From an uncultured Candidatus Rokubacteria bacterium (GTDB lineage: Bacteria; Methylomirabilota; Methylomirabilia; Rokubacteriales; CSP1-6), in the NCBI GenBank assembly GCA_963771355.1, contig CAVYTA010000005.1, positions 576,001 to 640,000 of the forward strand: a stretch of 64,000 bases of DNA, written 5' to 3'. The notes under the pieces were generated by a model. It was not told the origin of the DNA, made no database searches, and was given only the letters and a program-made list of their open reading frames with translations. The position numbers and the translations under genes are program-made. How positions within the stretch are numbered: the first letter of the stretch is position 1; every line of letters begins with the position of its first letter. This document shows, one piece after another, positions 19,798 to 29,335 of this stretch.

Positions 19798-20922
19798 GTG
19801 ACCCGCCTCGAGGGTTTCGCCACGCCGGCGGGCACGGCGGCCTACCGCGCGCGTGTCGCTGCCACCACGGTGCCGACGCACTTCCGCGCCTGGGACGGCC
19901 TGGCGCTGTCCTCCATCGGCATCGGGACGTATCTGGGCGGCGAGGATGCCGCCGCCGACCGGGCGTACGAGGCGGCGCTGACCCGCGCGCTGGAGCTGGG
20001 CGTCAACGTGGTGGACTCCGCCATCAACTACCGGCACCAGCGGAGCGAGCGCGCCATCGGCGCCGCGCTGCGGGCCCTGGTCGCGGCGGGAAAGCTCGCG
20101 CGGGACGGGGTGCTCGTCGCCACCAAAGGCGGCTTCCTCCCCGGGGACGGCGTCGCGCCTGCGCGGCCGGAGGCGTACTTCGCGGAGACCTACGTGCGGC
20201 CGGGCATCCTGGCGCCGGAGGACCTCGTGGCCGGGTCCCACTGCCTGGCCCCGCGTTACCTGGCCGACCAGCTCGAGCGGAGCCTCACCAATCTCGGCCT
20301 CGCCACCGTGGACCTGTACTACCTCCACAATCCCGAGACGCAGCTGCAGGAGGTGGAACGTCCCGTCTTCACGGCCCGCATGCGCGCGGCCTTCGAGTTC
20401 CTCGAGGGCGCCGTCGCCGCCGGCAAGATCCGGCGCTACGGCGCGGCGACCTGGAACGGCTTCCGCCAGGATCCCTCTGCCCCGGACTATCTCTCCCTGG
20501 CCGACCTCGTCGCGCTCGCCACCTCGGTGGCGGGCAAGGACCACCACTTCCGCGTGCTGCAGCTCCCGTACAACCTGGGCATGACCGAGGCGTTCACCAC
20601 GCAGAACCAGCGCGCGGGAAGCAAGACGATGAGCCTCCTGGGGGCGGCGCGCCGCCTCGACCTCTTCGTCATGACGTCGGCCTCCCTGTACCAGGGCCGG
20701 CTCGCGCGCGGGCTCTCCCCGGTGATCGCGGAGTTCCTGCCCGGCCTCGAGACCGATGCCCAGCGCGCGATCCAGTTCGTACGCTCCACACCGGGCGTGG
20801 GCGCGGCGCTGGTGGGGATGCAACGGCTGGCCCACGTCGAGGAGAACGCGCGGCTGGGGCGCGTGCCGCCGCTCCCCTGGAGTCGATTCAAGCGCCTCTT
20901 CCAGGGGGAGGAATCGGCTTGA
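19798..20922 (+). CDS. Aldo/keto reductase
   Basis: SSIGIGTYLG, DSAINYRHQRSE, VATKGGF, DLYYLHNPE, LQLPYNL. Confidence 0.88.
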   Translation: MTRLEGFATPAGTAAYRARVAATTVPTHFRAWDGLALSSIGIGTYLGGEDAAADRAYEAALTRALELGVNVVDSAINYRHQRSERAIGAALRALVAAGKLARDGVLVATKGGFLPGDGVAPARPEAYFAETYVRPGILAPEDLVAGSHCLAPRYLADQLERSLTNLGLATVDLYYLHNPETQLQEVERPVFTARMRAAFEFLEGAVAAGKIRRYGAATWNGFRQDPSAPDYLSLADLVALATSVAGKDHHFRVLQLPYNLGMTEAFTTQNQRAGSKTMSLLGAARRLDLFVMTSASLYQGRLARGLSPVIAEFLPGLETDAQRAIQFVRSTPGVGAALVGMQRLAHVEENARLGRVPPLPWSRFKRLFQGEESA

Positions 20923-20995
20923 ATTCCGCCGGGCGCTCGGGCTACGGTGGGTGACGTGAACGGCCGCACTCGGCGACGCCCCCCGGAGCCCTGAC

Positions 20996-21757
20996 ATGGT
21001 CAGCAAGATCCATCACGTCGGCATCGTCGTCGAGAAGCTGGACCATGCCTACACGTTCTGGCGCGATACGCTGGGGCTTCCCCTTCTGCGCGAGGCCGAG
21101 ATCCCGGACCAGGGGGTCCGCGCGGCCCTGCTCGCCGCCGGCGACAGCGAGGTGGAGCTGCTCGAGCCCATCCGGTCGGACAATGGGGTGGCGCGCTTCC
21201 TCGCCCGTCGGGGCGAAGGGCTCCATCACCTCTGTTTCGAGACCCCGGACGTCGCCGGCGCGCTCAGCGCGCTCCACAGCCGTGACGTGCCGCTGCTCGA
21301 CGCGGCACCCCGCGACGGGCTCGCCGGCCGCGTGGGTTTTCTCCATCCCACCGCCAGCCACGGCGTGCTGGTGGAGCTCGCCACCCCGTCGCCCTCGGGG
21401 GCGCCGCCGGAGTCGCCGGTGCGCCTCAAGCGCCTCGTGATCGGTTGCACCGATCCGCAGGCGGCGGCCCGGACCTATCAGGAGCTCTTCGGGCTTCCCG
21501 AGGTCGAGATCAACGGTGGCCCTCGCGGCATGCTCGGCTGGGTGGGCGGCGGCACGCTGCTCATGGTCCCCGCCGCCGAGGTGGGAGGCATGCAGGGCAT
21601 GGTCGCCTTGTCCATGGTCGCGCCCGATCTGCGCGCGCTGGTGGTCCGGCTGGAGGATGCCGACACCAGGATGCTCGTGGGCGCATCGGAGCTCACCGTC
21701 GAGCCGGAGTCCTCGCACGGCGTGCACCTGCACATCAGCCGATACCACTTCCCCTGA
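20996..21757 (+). CDS. mce: Methylmalonyl-CoA epimerase with an extra C-terminal VOC-like domain
   Basis: KIHHVGIVV, EVELLEP, GEGLHHLCF, FLHPTASHGVLVEL. Confidence 0.82.
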   Translation: MVSKIHHVGIVVEKLDHAYTFWRDTLGLPLLREAEIPDQGVRAALLAAGDSEVELLEPIRSDNGVARFLARRGEGLHHLCFETPDVAGALSALHSRDVPLLDAAPRDGLAGRVGFLHPTASHGVLVELATPSPSGAPPESPVRLKRLVIGCTDPQAAARTYQELFGLPEVEINGGPRGMLGWVGGGTLLMVPAAEVGGMQGMVALSMVAPDLRALVVRLEDADTRMLVGASELTVEPESSHGVHLHISRYHFP

Positions 21758-21767
21758 TCGGATCGCG

Positions 21768-23015
21768 GTGACGGGCGGGCGAGGTGGCGACACCGGCTGG
21801 CTCGTCACCCTCTGCGTCGCCCGCGCGGGCGCGTCGGTGATGTCCATGGCCTTTCCTACCGTGCTCGCCGCGGTGCAGACCGAGTGGGGCCTCAGCAATC
21901 GCGCCGCCGGTTCCATCAGCTCCGCGTCCCAGGCGGGCACCGCGCTGTCGCTCGTCGTGCTCTCCGCGATGGCCGACTACTGGGGCCCGCGCGCGGTGTT
22001 CCTCGTCTCGTCCGCAGTGGCCGCCGCGGTCGCGCTGCTCCTGCCTGTGCTCGCCCAGGGTCAGGCCTCCGCCTTCGTGCTCTTCTTCGTGATGGCGGTG
22101 GTGGTGGCGGGCAGCTACACGCCGGGCGTCATGCTCATCGCGGGCCGATTCGAGCCCGGGCGCCGGGGCGGGGCGGTGGGCTGGTTCCTGGCGTCCTCCT
22201 CGGTGGGATATGTGCTGGCCCTCGCGGTGGGCGGCTGGGTGGTGGCCGCGGCCGGCTGGCGCGCCGCCCTCTGGGCGCTCGCGCTGGGCCCGCTCCTCTG
22301 CCTCGTCCTCTCGATCGCGCTGTTTCGCGAGCGGCGGCCCCCCGCCGCCGCCGCCCCGCCGCGCTTCAGCCTGGACACCGGCCTCGGCGGCAACCGCGCG
22401 GGGCAGTTCATGGTGGCCGGCTACGTCTTCCACTCCTGGGAGCTCCTGGGCATGTGGGCGTGGACGCCTGCCTTCATGGCCGCCGTCCTCGTCGCCCACG
22501 GCGCCACGCCGGAGCGCTCGGCGGGGCTGGGGGCGGGGCTCTCCGCGCTCTTCCACGTGATGGGCATCGTGGCGGGGAGCACCGGCGGCTGGCTCTCCGA
22601 TCGCTGGGGCCGCACCGCGGTGATCGCGTGGATGATGGCGGTGAGCACCCTGTGCTCGTTCAGCTTCGGCTGGATGCTCGAGACGCCGGTGCTCGTGGTG
22701 GCGCTGCTCGGCTGCCTCTACGGCTATGCCGCGCTGGGCGATTCGCCGGTGTACTCGACCGCGCTCACCGAGACGGTGCCGCCGGCCCGGCTGGGGTCGG
22801 CGCTGGCCGTCCGCTCGCTGCTGGGCTTCGGCGCGGGAGCGATCTCGCCGTGGGTGTTCGGCTGGATGCTCGATCTGCTCGGAGGGCAGGCGTCCCCGTC
22901 GGCCTGGGGGTGGGCGTTTTCCATGCTGGGAGTGGGCGGCGCGCTCGGCCTCGTCACCGTGCTCTGGCTCCGGCGGCTGCCCGAGGCGCGCCGCCTGGCG
23001 GGGGGCCGGCGGTGA
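21768..23015 (+). CDS. MFS transporter
   Basis: Multiple TM helices; SYTPG, GYVFHSWELLGMWAW, GWLSDRWGR, DSPVYS. Confidence 0.85.
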   Translation: MTGGRGGDTGWLVTLCVARAGASVMSMAFPTVLAAVQTEWGLSNRAAGSISSASQAGTALSLVVLSAMADYWGPRAVFLVSSAVAAAVALLLPVLAQGQASAFVLFFVMAVVVAGSYTPGVMLIAGRFEPGRRGGAVGWFLASSSVGYVLALAVGGWVVAAAGWRAALWALALGPLLCLVLSIALFRERRPPAAAAPPRFSLDTGLGGNRAGQFMVAGYVFHSWELLGMWAWTPAFMAAVLVAHGATPERSAGLGAGLSALFHVMGIVAGSTGGWLSDRWGRTAVIAWMMAVSTLCSFSFGWMLETPVLVVALLGCLYGYAALGDSPVYSTALTETVPPARLGSALAVRSLLGFGAGAISPWVFGWMLDLLGGQASPSAWGWAFSMLGVGGALGLVTVLWLRRLPEARRLAGGRR

Positions 23016-23428
23016 GCCCGGGCCCGGGGCGCATCCGCGGCACCGGCGCCGGACGCAAGACCCGGCGCAGCCTGGAGCGGGGCGGGACGGGCGCCGCCGG
23101 TGAGCTCAACGCGCAGCTGGGGAAGTGGCCGCGCGTGCGCATCACCCCGATGTTCGGGCGCTGGGGCTACTTCGTCGGCGACCAGCTCTTCGCCTGCTTC
23201 CCCCTCCGCACCAAGGACACCGATCTCTGGATCCGCCTCACCCCGGAGGAGCAGAAGCGCGCCCTCCTCGTGCCCGGCTTCACGCCGCACCGGCGCTTCG
23301 CCGCGCGCGGCTGGGTGGAGTGTGAGGTGGAGACCTCGCGCGACGTGGGTCGCGCCATCCGATGGCTGCGGCGAAGCTACGACGCCGTCATCCAGTCGGT
23401 GGAGCGGGAGGAGCGTCGGTCGCGCTGA
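23012..23428 (+). CDS. TfoX-N / MmcQ-YjbR-like small protein
   Basis: GTGA overlap; PMFGRWGYFVGDQLFA, GWV, AIRWLRRSYD. Confidence 0.6.
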   Translation: MSPGPGRIRGTGAGRKTRRSLERGGTGAAGELNAQLGKWPRVRITPMFGRWGYFVGDQLFACFPLRTKDTDLWIRLTPEEQKRALLVPGFTPHRRFAARGWVECEVETSRDVGRAIRWLRRSYDAVIQSVEREERRSR

Positions 23429-24692
23429 GGTCCGCCGGCGCGGCGGGCGGGTCCGCGGGCGCGCGCGCCTGGGCCTCGATCCGGTCGACGTCGAGGAGAG
23501 GAACCAGCACCCACGCCAGCGCGGTCACGGTGGCGGAGATCCACACCAGCGGCGTGTAGCCGTACGTCTCGTACAGGCGCGCCCCCACGTTCTGGGAGAG
23601 CTGGGTGCCGGTGTTGTAGACGGACATGAGCAGCGCGAAGAAGGTCGCCTCCACCCGGCGCGGGCAGGCCTTGGCGGCGAGGTCGAGGAAGGCGAGCTGC
23701 ATGATCATTCCCACGCCCCCGAAGAAGGTGTCGATGGCGATGGCGGACACCGGGCCGCGGTAGACGAGATAGCAGAGGGTGCCGGCCACGCCCACCCCGA
23801 TGGACCAGTTGAGGAGCCGCCGGAGCGGCATCCGTCTCGACAGCGGCGCGTAGACGATGGCCCCCAGGACGGACGCGGCGGAGTTCAGCGAGGCGAGCAG
23901 GCCGATGAAGTGCTGGCTGAAGCCGAGCACGTCGGCCTGGTAGTAGAGGAAGGCGGGACCGAAGGACGGGCTGAACGTGTAGAAGAAGAGGAAGCCCGCC
24001 ACCATCCAGACGTTGCGGTGCGTGAGGGCCTCGCGGATGGCGCGGGCGGTGGCCCGCAAGGCGGCCAGGTCGCGCCGAGCGCGGGCCTCGTGGACGAAGA
24101 AGAGCGCCATCGCGAAGGACACCAGCGGGAAGCAGGCCGCGATCCCGAAGGCCAGGTGGAGCTCGCGCGTCGCCGCGAGATGGCCGCCCACCACGCCGAT
24201 CAGCACCGCCGAGCCGGTGATGCACGCCCACTGTACGGCCTGGAAGGCGCCGGTGAGTCCGAGGGGCCGGCCCGACTCCACCATGAGGGCGTCGGTGAGC
24301 ACGTCGGTGAAGGCGAGCCCGAAGCCCATGATCGTGAAGAGAGCGGCCATCCACCAGAAGGTCTGCACCGGCGTGAGCGCGAGGCAGATCCCGGAGAGTG
24401 CGGCCAGCGTGCAGGTGAGGAGGAAGTAGCTCTTGCGCCGGCGGCCGAACAGCGGCACGAAGTCGGAGATGAGGCCATAGATGGGCTTGATGAACCAGGG
24501 GATGCTGCTGATGAGGAAGAAGCTCGCGACCTGACTCGGGGTGTAGCCCTGATCCTTGAAGAAGACGGTGATGACCTGGTTGGGGAGATACCACATGCCC
24601 TGGGAAAAGTAGACGACGCCGAAGAGGAGGGCGAGCCGCTGAGTTTCCCGCGTCCGGAACGGGGAGAGCCGCTTCAGGCGCTGGCGCATCAT
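23388..24692 (-). CDS. MFS transporter, BT1 (folate-biopterin) type
   Basis: VYFSQG, PWFIKPIYGLISDFVPLFGRRRKSY, DVLTDALMVE, ACPRRVEATFFALLMS. Confidence 0.88.
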   Translation of the reverse strand: MMRQRLKRLSPFRTRETQRLALLFGVVYFSQGMWYLPNQVITVFFKDQGYTPSQVASFFLISSIPWFIKPIYGLISDFVPLFGRRRKSYFLLTCTLAALSGICLALTPVQTFWWMAALFTIMGFGLAFTDVLTDALMVESGRPLGLTGAFQAVQWACITGSAVLIGVVGGHLAATRELHLAFGIAACFPLVSFAMALFFVHEARARRDLAALRATARAIREALTHRNVWMVAGFLFFYTFSPSFGPAFLYYQADVLGFSQHFIGLLASLNSAASVLGAIVYAPLSRRMPLRRLLNWSIGVGVAGTLCYLVYRGPVSAIAIDTFFGGVGMIMQLAFLDLAAKACPRRVEATFFALLMSVYNTGTQLSQNVGARLYETYGYTPLVWISATVTALAWVLVPLLDVDRIEAQARAPADPPAAPADLSATDAPPAPPTG

Positions 24693-24726
24693 CCGGGATT
24701 ACAACCCGTGTTACCCTTGAGCGTCA

Positions 24727-26784
24727 ATGGTTACTCTCGCGCATTCCGTCTGCCCGCACGACTGTCCCTCGCAGTGCGGGCTGGTGGTGTCGGTGACGGA
24801 CGGCCGGGTCACCGCGGTGGCGGGCGATCCCGACCACCCCTTCACCCGGGGCGTGGTGTGCGGCAAGGTGCACGACTACGCGGAGCGGTTGTACGCGCCC
24901 ACGCGCGTGCTCACGCCGCTCCGCCGAGTGGGCAAGAAGGGCGAGGGGCGCTTCGAGCCCATCGCCTGGGACGACGCCATCGAGGAGATCGCGCACCGGT
25001 GGCGGCGCGTGATCGCGCAGTGGGGCGGCGAGGCCATCCTGCCCTTCTCCTACGGCGGCACCCTCGGCGTGCTCCAGTACCGCGCCGGCCATCCGCTCTT
25101 CCACGCCCTCGGCGCCTCCCAGCTCGACCGGACCATCTGCGTCGCCACCGCGTATGCGGGCTGGAGCGCCACCGTCGGCACCGTGGCCGGGAGCGACGCC
25201 GAGCAGATGGTGGACTCGGAGCTGGTGATCCTCTGGGGGATCAACGCCTCCTACACCCACATCAACCTCATGACCCTGGTGAAGCGCGCACGGCAGCGGG
25301 GCGCTTTCGTGGTGGTCATCGACCCGTACCGGACCCAGACCGCCAAGCGGGCGGACCGGCACCTGATGCCGCGGCCGGGTACCGATACCGCGCTGGCGCT
25401 GGGCATGATGCACGTGCTGTGCGCGGAAGGACTGATCGACGAGGCCTATCTCCGGCGGGCCACGCTGGGGTTCACCGCGCTGCGCGACCACGTGCGCCAG
25501 TACGATCCTCGGCGAGTGAGCGAGATCACCGGGATCCCCGCCGAGGAGATCGTGTCGCTCGCGCGCCGCTACGGGGCGAGCCCGGCCGCCTTCATCCGGC
25601 TGGGCATCGGCATCTCGCGCCATGACAACGGCGGCATGACGTGCCGGACCATCGCCTGCCTGCCCGCCCTCACCGGCGCCTACGCGCATCCCGCCGGCGG
25701 CGCGCTGCTCTCGTCCACCGCCGCCTTCGGCCTGGACTACGCGGCGCTGGAGCGCCCGGACCTCCAGCCCATGCCGGCGCCCCGCACCATCAACATGATT
25801 CACCTCGGGCGCGCGCTCACCGGGCCGGACACCGGGCCGCCGGTGAAGGCGCTCTACGTCTACAACGCGAATCCCGCCGCCGTCTGCCCCAACCAGGAGC
25901 TGGTCCTGCGCGGGCTCGCGCGCGAGGATCTGTTCACGGTGGTCCACGAGCAGCAGCTCACCGACACCACCGACTGGGCGGACCTCGTGCTCCCCGCCAC
26001 CACCTCCATGGAGCACCGGGACCTCTACAAGTCGTACGGCCATCTCTACCTCCAGCTCGCGGAGCCGGTGATTCCCCCCGCCGGCGAGTCGCGCTCGAAC
26101 TGGCAGGTGACGCGCGCCCTCGCGCGAGCCATGGCGCTGGACGATCCGCACTTCGACAAGGACGAGGACACCCTGTTCCGCGAGGCGCTCGCCTCCGGAC
26201 ATCCGTCGGTGGCCGGCGTCACCGTGGAGCGCCTTCGCGCGGAGCGCGTGGTACGGCTCGAGATCGGCCGGCCCTTCCTGCCCTTCGCGGACGGCGCGCC
26301 CACGCCTTCCGGGAAGGTGGAGCTGGTGTCGGAGAGCATGGCCCGCCAGGGCCTGCCCGCGCTGCCCACCTACATGCCCCTGGTGGAGGGGCCCGAGCAT
26401 ACGGAGATCGCGCGCCGCTACCCGCTGCAGTGCATCGTGCCGCCCAATCGCTTCTTCCTGAACTCGTCGTTCGCCGAGTCCCCGCGGTTGCGCCGCCGAC
26501 AGGGCGCGCCCGCCGTCTTCCTCCACCCCGCCGACGCCGGCGCCCGCGGCATCGGCGAGGGCGACGCGGTGGTGGTGCACACGGCGCGGGGCGAGAGCCG
26601 GTTCACCGCGCACCTCACCGAGGACACGCGGGCCGGCGTCATCGTCATCGAGGGCATCTGGTGGGCCAAGCACCAGGCGGGCGGCCGCAACGTGAACGCG
26701 CTCACCGACGACCGCGTCGCGGACATGGGGGGCGGGCCCGTCTTTCACTCCAATCTCGCCGAGGTCACCCGCCTTGTCGCCTGA
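24727..26784 (+). CDS. Molybdopterin-dependent oxidoreductase (DMSO-reductase family), no signal peptide
   Basis: CPHDCPSQC, HPFTRGVVCGK, RTICV, PRPGTD, ADLVLPAT, FLNSSF. Confidence 0.88.
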   Translation: MVTLAHSVCPHDCPSQCGLVVSVTDGRVTAVAGDPDHPFTRGVVCGKVHDYAERLYAPTRVLTPLRRVGKKGEGRFEPIAWDDAIEEIAHRWRRVIAQWGGEAILPFSYGGTLGVLQYRAGHPLFHALGASQLDRTICVATAYAGWSATVGTVAGSDAEQMVDSELVILWGINASYTHINLMTLVKRARQRGAFVVVIDPYRTQTAKRADRHLMPRPGTDTALALGMMHVLCAEGLIDEAYLRRATLGFTALRDHVRQYDPRRVSEITGIPAEEIVSLARRYGASPAAFIRLGIGISRHDNGGMTCRTIACLPALTGAYAHPAGGALLSSTAAFGLDYAALERPDLQPMPAPRTINMIHLGRALTGPDTGPPVKALYVYNANPAAVCPNQELVLRGLAREDLFTVVHEQQLTDTTDWADLVLPATTSMEHRDLYKSYGHLYLQLAEPVIPPAGESRSNWQVTRALARAMALDDPHFDKDEDTLFREALASGHPSVAGVTVERLRAERVVRLEIGRPFLPFADGAPTPSGKVELVSESMARQGLPALPTYMPLVEGPEHTEIARRYPLQCIVPPNRFFLNSSFAESPRLRRRQGAPAVFLHPADAGARGIGEGDAVVVHTARGESRFTAHLTEDTRAGVIVIEGIWWAKHQAGGRNVNALTDDRVADMGGGPVFHSNLAEVTRLVA

Positions 26785-27544
26785 CGCCGCCCCGCGCGCG
26801 CCCGCGGCGCCGCCGTCCATCGCCGACGCCATCGAGGGCGCGGTCCGGGCGCTGGACGAGGCCCGCCTCCAGCGGGAGTACTGGGAGCAGGACGAGTTCC
26901 TCTTCCTGCCGCAGTTCCTGCCGCCCGCGGTGGTGGAGCGGCTCCTCGAGGACGTGGGCCGGCTCGAGCCGGGGCTGAACCGGAACTACATCCCGCGGCA
27001 CAAGAAGGGCGGGAGCGTCAGCCACTTCGCGATCGCCGCGGACGGCCCCGCGCTGCTCGCCTTCTACCGATCCGACGCGTTCCGCCAGTTCCTCTCGCGG
27101 CTGGTCCGCGCCGACCTCAAGCTCTGCCCCGACGAGGATCCCCATGCCTGCGCGCTGTACTTCTACACGGAGGCGGGCGACCACATGGGGCGTCACTACG
27201 ACACCTCGTACTACAAGGGCGCCCGCTACACCATCCTGGTGGGCCTCGTACAGGAGTCGTCCAGCCGGCTCCTCTGCCGCCTGCACACGCGCCAGCCCGA
27301 CCGCACCCCGCGCGACCTGGCGGTGGCCACCACCCCGGGGGCGATGGTCATCTTCAACGGTGACAAGGTGTACCACGGGGTGAGTCCCTCCCAGGCCGGT
27401 GACCGGCGCGTGGTGCTGACAATGGAATACGTCACCAGCCAGGAGATGGGACGTCTGCAGCGCGCCTTCTCGAATCTCAAGGACGCCTTCGCCTATTTCG
27501 GCATCAAGAGCCTGTTCCAGCGTCCCGGGCGTCGTGCCGGGTAA
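26774..27544 (+). CDS. 2OG-Fe(II) oxygenase
   Basis: H-Y-D (GRHYDTS), distal His (YHGVSP), Arg in DRRVVL; RNYIPRHKKGGSV. Confidence 0.78.
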   Translation: MSPDAAPRAPAAPPSIADAIEGAVRALDEARLQREYWEQDEFLFLPQFLPPAVVERLLEDVGRLEPGLNRNYIPRHKKGGSVSHFAIAADGPALLAFYRSDAFRQFLSRLVRADLKLCPDEDPHACALYFYTEAGDHMGRHYDTSYYKGARYTILVGLVQESSSRLLCRLHTRQPDRTPRDLAVATTPGAMVIFNGDKVYHGVSPSQAGDRRVVLTMEYVTSQEMGRLQRAFSNLKDAFAYFGIKSLFQRPGRRAG

Positions 27545-27575
27545 CGGCCCCTCCACGTTCGGCAAGGAGACCCCG

Positions 27576-29300
27576 ATGTCCGCATCCGTCGCGTCGTCAC
27601 GCCCGGCCGCCGAGCGCGCCCGCTGGACCCCCGTCGAGGGCGCCGACGCTCTCTTCACGCCGGAATTCGTGGAGTACGTGGTCCGGCTCCACGACGAGTT
27701 CACCCCCCGCGTGCGCGCGCTCATGGCCAAGCGGGCCGAGGTGCTCGCGCGCGCGCTCCGGGGGATCCCGCCGGGGCATCTACCATCCAGTGACGCTAAC
27801 ACGGGAGCTTGGAAGGTGCCGCCGGTGCCGGCGGAGCTGCGGACGCCGGGCATCGAGATCTCGGGCCCCTGCTCGATCACCAGCATGTTCATCAATGCCT
27901 TGAATCCCGGGCCCGAGGGCGAGCGGGCGGAAGGTGATCTCGACGACGACGAGGACTCCGCCGGGCATCGGCTGGTGGACACCGTCCGCGCCGCCCACAA
28001 CCGGCTCGCCGCGGTCAACCGCGAGCTGACGTTCAGCGACCGCGAGCGCGGGCGCGACTACCGGATCGCCCCGGGCGAGCTGCCCTTCTTCATGCATCGC
28101 GAGCGGGGACTGCAGCTCGACGAGCCGGAGTTCACGGTGGACGGCGCCCCCATCCCCGCCGCCATTCTCGGCACCGCGCTGACCTTCTTCTACGCGGGGC
28201 GGGCCCAGGCCGGTCGCGGGCAGGGCATCTACTTCTACCTGCCGAAGCTGGAGTCCGCCGAGGAGTGCGGGTGGTATCGCGACCTCTTCGACCGGAGCCG
28301 GGCGCTGCTGCCCGGCCTCAAGGACGCGCTGATCAGCGCCATCCCGCTCGTGGAGTCGCTCCCGGCGGTGTACCAGATGGAGGAGATGCTCTGGGCGCTT
28401 GGTCCCTACGCGGGCGGGCTCAACGCCGCGCGCTGGGATCTCAAGGCGAGCATCTTCGAGTTCATCATGGCCGACCCCAAACAGGTGTGGCCGGACCGCT
28501 TCGGGGTGGACGTGAAGTCGACGCCCTTCATCGCCGACATCTTCCGCCGGCTGGTCGCGATCTGCCTGAAGCGGGGGGCGGTGCCCATCGGGGGCATGGC
28601 CACCGCGCTGCCGAGCCAGGACCCCGAGGTCAACCAGGCGGCGGCGACGGCGATCCGGGCCGACAAGGAGTGGGAGGCGCAGCAGGGGTTCATCCGCGCC
28701 TGGGTGGCCCACATCTTCCACATGAAGACCGCGGGCGAGCCGTTCAAGCGGCTCATCGCCTCGGGCTGGAAGCCGACCCCCCAGATGGCCGATCCCGACC
28801 GGTACCCGGTGCGCATCGAGGTGCCGGCCGGACCCATCACGGTGGAGGGCACGCGCCGGAATGCGCGGATGGTGGTGGAATACCTCGAGGGCTGGCTCAA
28901 TGGACGCGGGGCCAAGGGCATCGACAGCCTGGCCGGCAAGCCCGGCATCCACCCGGCGCTCATGGAGGATCTCGCCACCGGGCGCATGTCGGTGGCCCAG
29001 ATCGCCCAGCGTATCCGCCATGCCGCGCGGGACAGCCAGGACGGCAAGACCGTGCACGACATGGCCCTCGTGAGCCGGCTCCTCCGCGAAGAGACCGACG
29101 ACATCCTCGCGCTCCTGTCCGCCACCGTGCAGGACGACCGGGGCCGGGCCGCCTTCGCCGCTGCGGAGACGCGCTACCGCAAGGCCGAGAAGATCGCCAA
29201 GCGGTGGATTCGGAACTACACCGAGCTCGACTTCCGCAGCCTGGGGAGCTACACCCGCGCCGACCTCGACGCGATCGCCGCCGCCCCCGACGCCTTCTAG
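27576..29300 (+). CDS. Malate synthase A-like protein (divergent)
   Basis: AAGGAG RBS; FYLPKLES, LVESLPA, LNAARWD, KRGAVPIGGMA, DKEWEA, LMEDLATGRMS. Confidence 0.78.
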   Translation: MSASVASSRPAAERARWTPVEGADALFTPEFVEYVVRLHDEFTPRVRALMAKRAEVLARALRGIPPGHLPSSDANTGAWKVPPVPAELRTPGIEISGPCSITSMFINALNPGPEGERAEGDLDDDEDSAGHRLVDTVRAAHNRLAAVNRELTFSDRERGRDYRIAPGELPFFMHRERGLQLDEPEFTVDGAPIPAAILGTALTFFYAGRAQAGRGQGIYFYLPKLESAEECGWYRDLFDRSRALLPGLKDALISAIPLVESLPAVYQMEEMLWALGPYAGGLNAARWDLKASIFEFIMADPKQVWPDRFGVDVKSTPFIADIFRRLVAICLKRGAVPIGGMATALPSQDPEVNQAAATAIRADKEWEAQQGFIRAWVAHIFHMKTAGEPFKRLIASGWKPTPQMADPDRYPVRIEVPAGPITVEGTRRNARMVVEYLEGWLNGRGAKGIDSLAGKPGIHPALMEDLATGRMSVAQIAQRIRHAARDSQDGKTVHDMALVSRLLREETDDILALLSATVQDDRGRAAFAAAETRYRKAEKIAKRWIRNYTELDFRSLGSYTRADLDAIAAAPDAF

Positions 29301-29335
29301 CACCGCCGCCGCGGGCCAGGCGGCGCCGCCCCCGG

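Noticed and set aside
18181..20922. 913-aa CopD-aldo/keto reductase fusion in the ORF track
   Set aside because: Artefact of the copD frameshift running into the AKR frame; the middle is nonsense and copD ends at 19792 in another frame
24727..26784. Selenocysteine formate dehydrogenase, given Sec usage at the window start
   Set aside because: No in-frame TGA and no FDH active-site motif in either Mo enzyme
26774..27544. BesD/HalD-type halogenase
   Set aside because: The facial triad retains Asp (H-Y-D); halogenases have Gly or Ala there
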